From Lama guanicoe (lineage: Eukaryota): a DNA stretch of 64,000 nucleotides. Under the pieces are notes generated by a model that had not been told where the DNA came from, did not search any database, and was given only the letters and a program-made list of their open reading frames with translations. Below are positions 62,045 to 64,000 of this stretch, piece after piece; within the stretch, counting starts at the first letter, position 1; the number at the start of each line of letters is the position of its first letter. Position numbers and translations under genes: made by a program. The stretch lies in NCBI GenBank assembly GCA_013239625.1, contig MU054908.1, positions 3,265,946-3,329,945 of the forward strand, written 5' to 3'.

Positions 62045-64000
62045 NNNNNNNNNNNNNNNNNNNNNNNNNNNNNNNNNNNNNNNNNNNNNNNNNNNNNNNN
62101 NNNNNNNNNNNNNNNNNNNNNNNNNNNNNNNNNNNNNNNNNNNNNNNNNNNNNNNNNNNNNNNNNNNNNNNNNNNNNAAGCCCTTGTAGGTTTGCTGCCT
62201 GTTTCTCCAGGGAGACGAAGAAGTTGACACGAGGCAGTGCCACACAGCCCTGGAGGTGCAAATCAGGCTGGGTATGTGGAGACACAGAGAGATTGAGGAC
62301 TCAGTCTCAGAAGTCTTGGTACCAGGGCACAATGACCTCAACCAAATAGCCCTCAACCAAATAGCTTTTAAACAATTCTTTTCCATCATTCACTGGATTT
62401 CTTTTCAAAACCTTCAAATGCTGAGGAGGAACAAAAATAGGGAGATTGTTTATGATCTTTGGTCCTCTTTCTATTTTTTTTCAACCTTGAAGCTGAGTGA
62501 ACAAAAACAAGGGAGCTCACCCGAGAAGAATGTTGAAAGTCACATTTGGTGTTTCACCCAAGTTCATCCGGCTGCTTAGAAATGAAGGAGGAAACACATC
62601 ACGGAGCAGTATTGACAAGTGTGGGTTTACTTGTTCAAGTTCAGAGGATATTTGACATGCATGGCTTGCCGCCCTCTTCTCAGGACCAGGAGGAAAGATG
62701 CACAAATATCTCATCACTTCGCTAAGCCTTGGTCTCCTCATCTGTAAAATGGGATGACAAAAATCCACCTTGCTGAGTTTAAGGGTGTGACGAGCTGGTG
62801 AGTATGAAGTGCCCTGTAAACCGTCAGAGGTTGTACAAGTGCATGACTGTTTTCATGACGGAAGGGTTGGAATTCTCCATGGCAAAGACGACACATAGCA
62901 ATGGCAGGATAATTTATTGAGGTATCCATTTGGAATTTGTCCTCACTGTACTTTTCCCCTCTCTCATTCTGGGTAAGAGACTTAGGACTCTGGGTTTCCT
63001 TGTTTCAGGACTCCTGGAGCCATAGGTTTGAAAACAGGATATCATTCTCTCTGCCTTTCTGTCCTGGCTTTAGAGAAGGTTGTGCTAACAGGAGGAGACG
63101 GGGGTGGGGGGAAGCTGGGGAGCAGAAGGGGCGAGAAGGGGAGGGGAGAGGAGAGTGGGTGACAGGTCCTCCCAGACCTAAAAGAGAAGCAGTTTGGGAT
63201 TCCAGGCCCTTATTCCCTTCCCTGCCGGGGCAGAGCCTCAGTGAGCCCAGGGACCCCCATTTTTTGCGGAGACCATGGCCCGGGAGCAGGTGAGCTGCTG
63301 GCCTGTAGGGACCTTGGACTATGGAGGCATCAGTAACCAGGGGCCCTTAGAGCTGCTCCACTTCCACACCTTGGGCCCTTCCATGAGCCCCAGGTGGGTG
63401 GTGCCGCTGCTGCTTCCGCAATGAGCCCCGTTCACTCATGACTGGGTATGTTTCTCCACCAGCCTAGTGAACCGGACGCTCCTCATCAGAATTCATTTGT
63501 TTTTAGAAGAATCATGTGGCACTTCTTTCATGCCTGTGTTTGTGGGCTCAAACCCACTACCTGCTCCATATAGAATGCAATATCTAGCAAACGCTCTTGG
63601 ACAAAAGCTGTTCTGTAAATAGCGACACCTGCAAGACACATATCCTGAGAGGACCGGCAGGAATCGGGAAATCACCGTCCTGTTTTACCTCTGGCACCAA
63701 TCAGCTCTGTAACCTCAAGTAAATCGCCTCCTCCATCTGCGTCTCTACTGGTTAAATGAAGGGAACTGGGCTAAACTCCTGGTCCGTGTTCCTGCAAATT
63801 TAGAGTGGATTTGGGCAACATGAAATAGTCATGAAACTATCTTCTTAATTAAAGACATAGTTCAGAAGCTGCTCTGGTGCTGTTCATTTCCACTTCAAAA
63901 ATAACTGACTTTTCGGAAAAGCAGTTTCTACAATTGCAGAAGACACGCGTAAATGTGGCATTATGTTTGTTACCTGCTTAAACTATACTTGTGCACACAC

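Noticed and set aside
1-64000. CRISPR array, operon or prokaryotic defence-type system
   Set aside because: The sequence is mammalian, with no regularly spaced direct repeats with unique spacers and no gene-dense ORF clusters.
1-64000. Naming the host locus or neighbouring gene
   Set aside because: No exon or uniquely recognisable sequence lets me place the window, so any gene name would be a guess.

Overview
This 64 kb window is non-coding, repeat-rich mammalian genomic DNA. It is almost certainly camelid (alpaca, llama or camel), because it carries five tRNA-derived SINEs of the camelid Vic-1 type. I find no supportable protein-coding gene, tRNA, rRNA or CRISPR array. The only ORF with a recognisable product is the C-terminal part of LINE-1 ORF2, in a 5'-truncated L1 (34881-36801) with a 13-bp target-site duplication and three stop codons. 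The rest is layered transposon fossils: L1, L2, L3/CR1, MIR, MaLR/ERVL/ERV1 solo LTRs and hAT elements, several of them nested or with intact TSDs. Between them lie repeat-free islands rich in SOX, TCF/LEF, homeobox and PBX-MEIS motifs, plus one small orphan CpG island (40550-41060) carrying five co-oriented ACAAAG sites. My best reading (inference) is a gene desert or long intron holding a set of enhancers for a developmental gene outside the window. Ten N-runs of 133-196 bp look like length-preserving masks, because the L1 ORF2 frame is kept across two of them, so about 1.6 kb is invisible to me. Repeat subfamily names come from recalled consensus sequences, not a search. I found no evidence of a novel multi-gene system.
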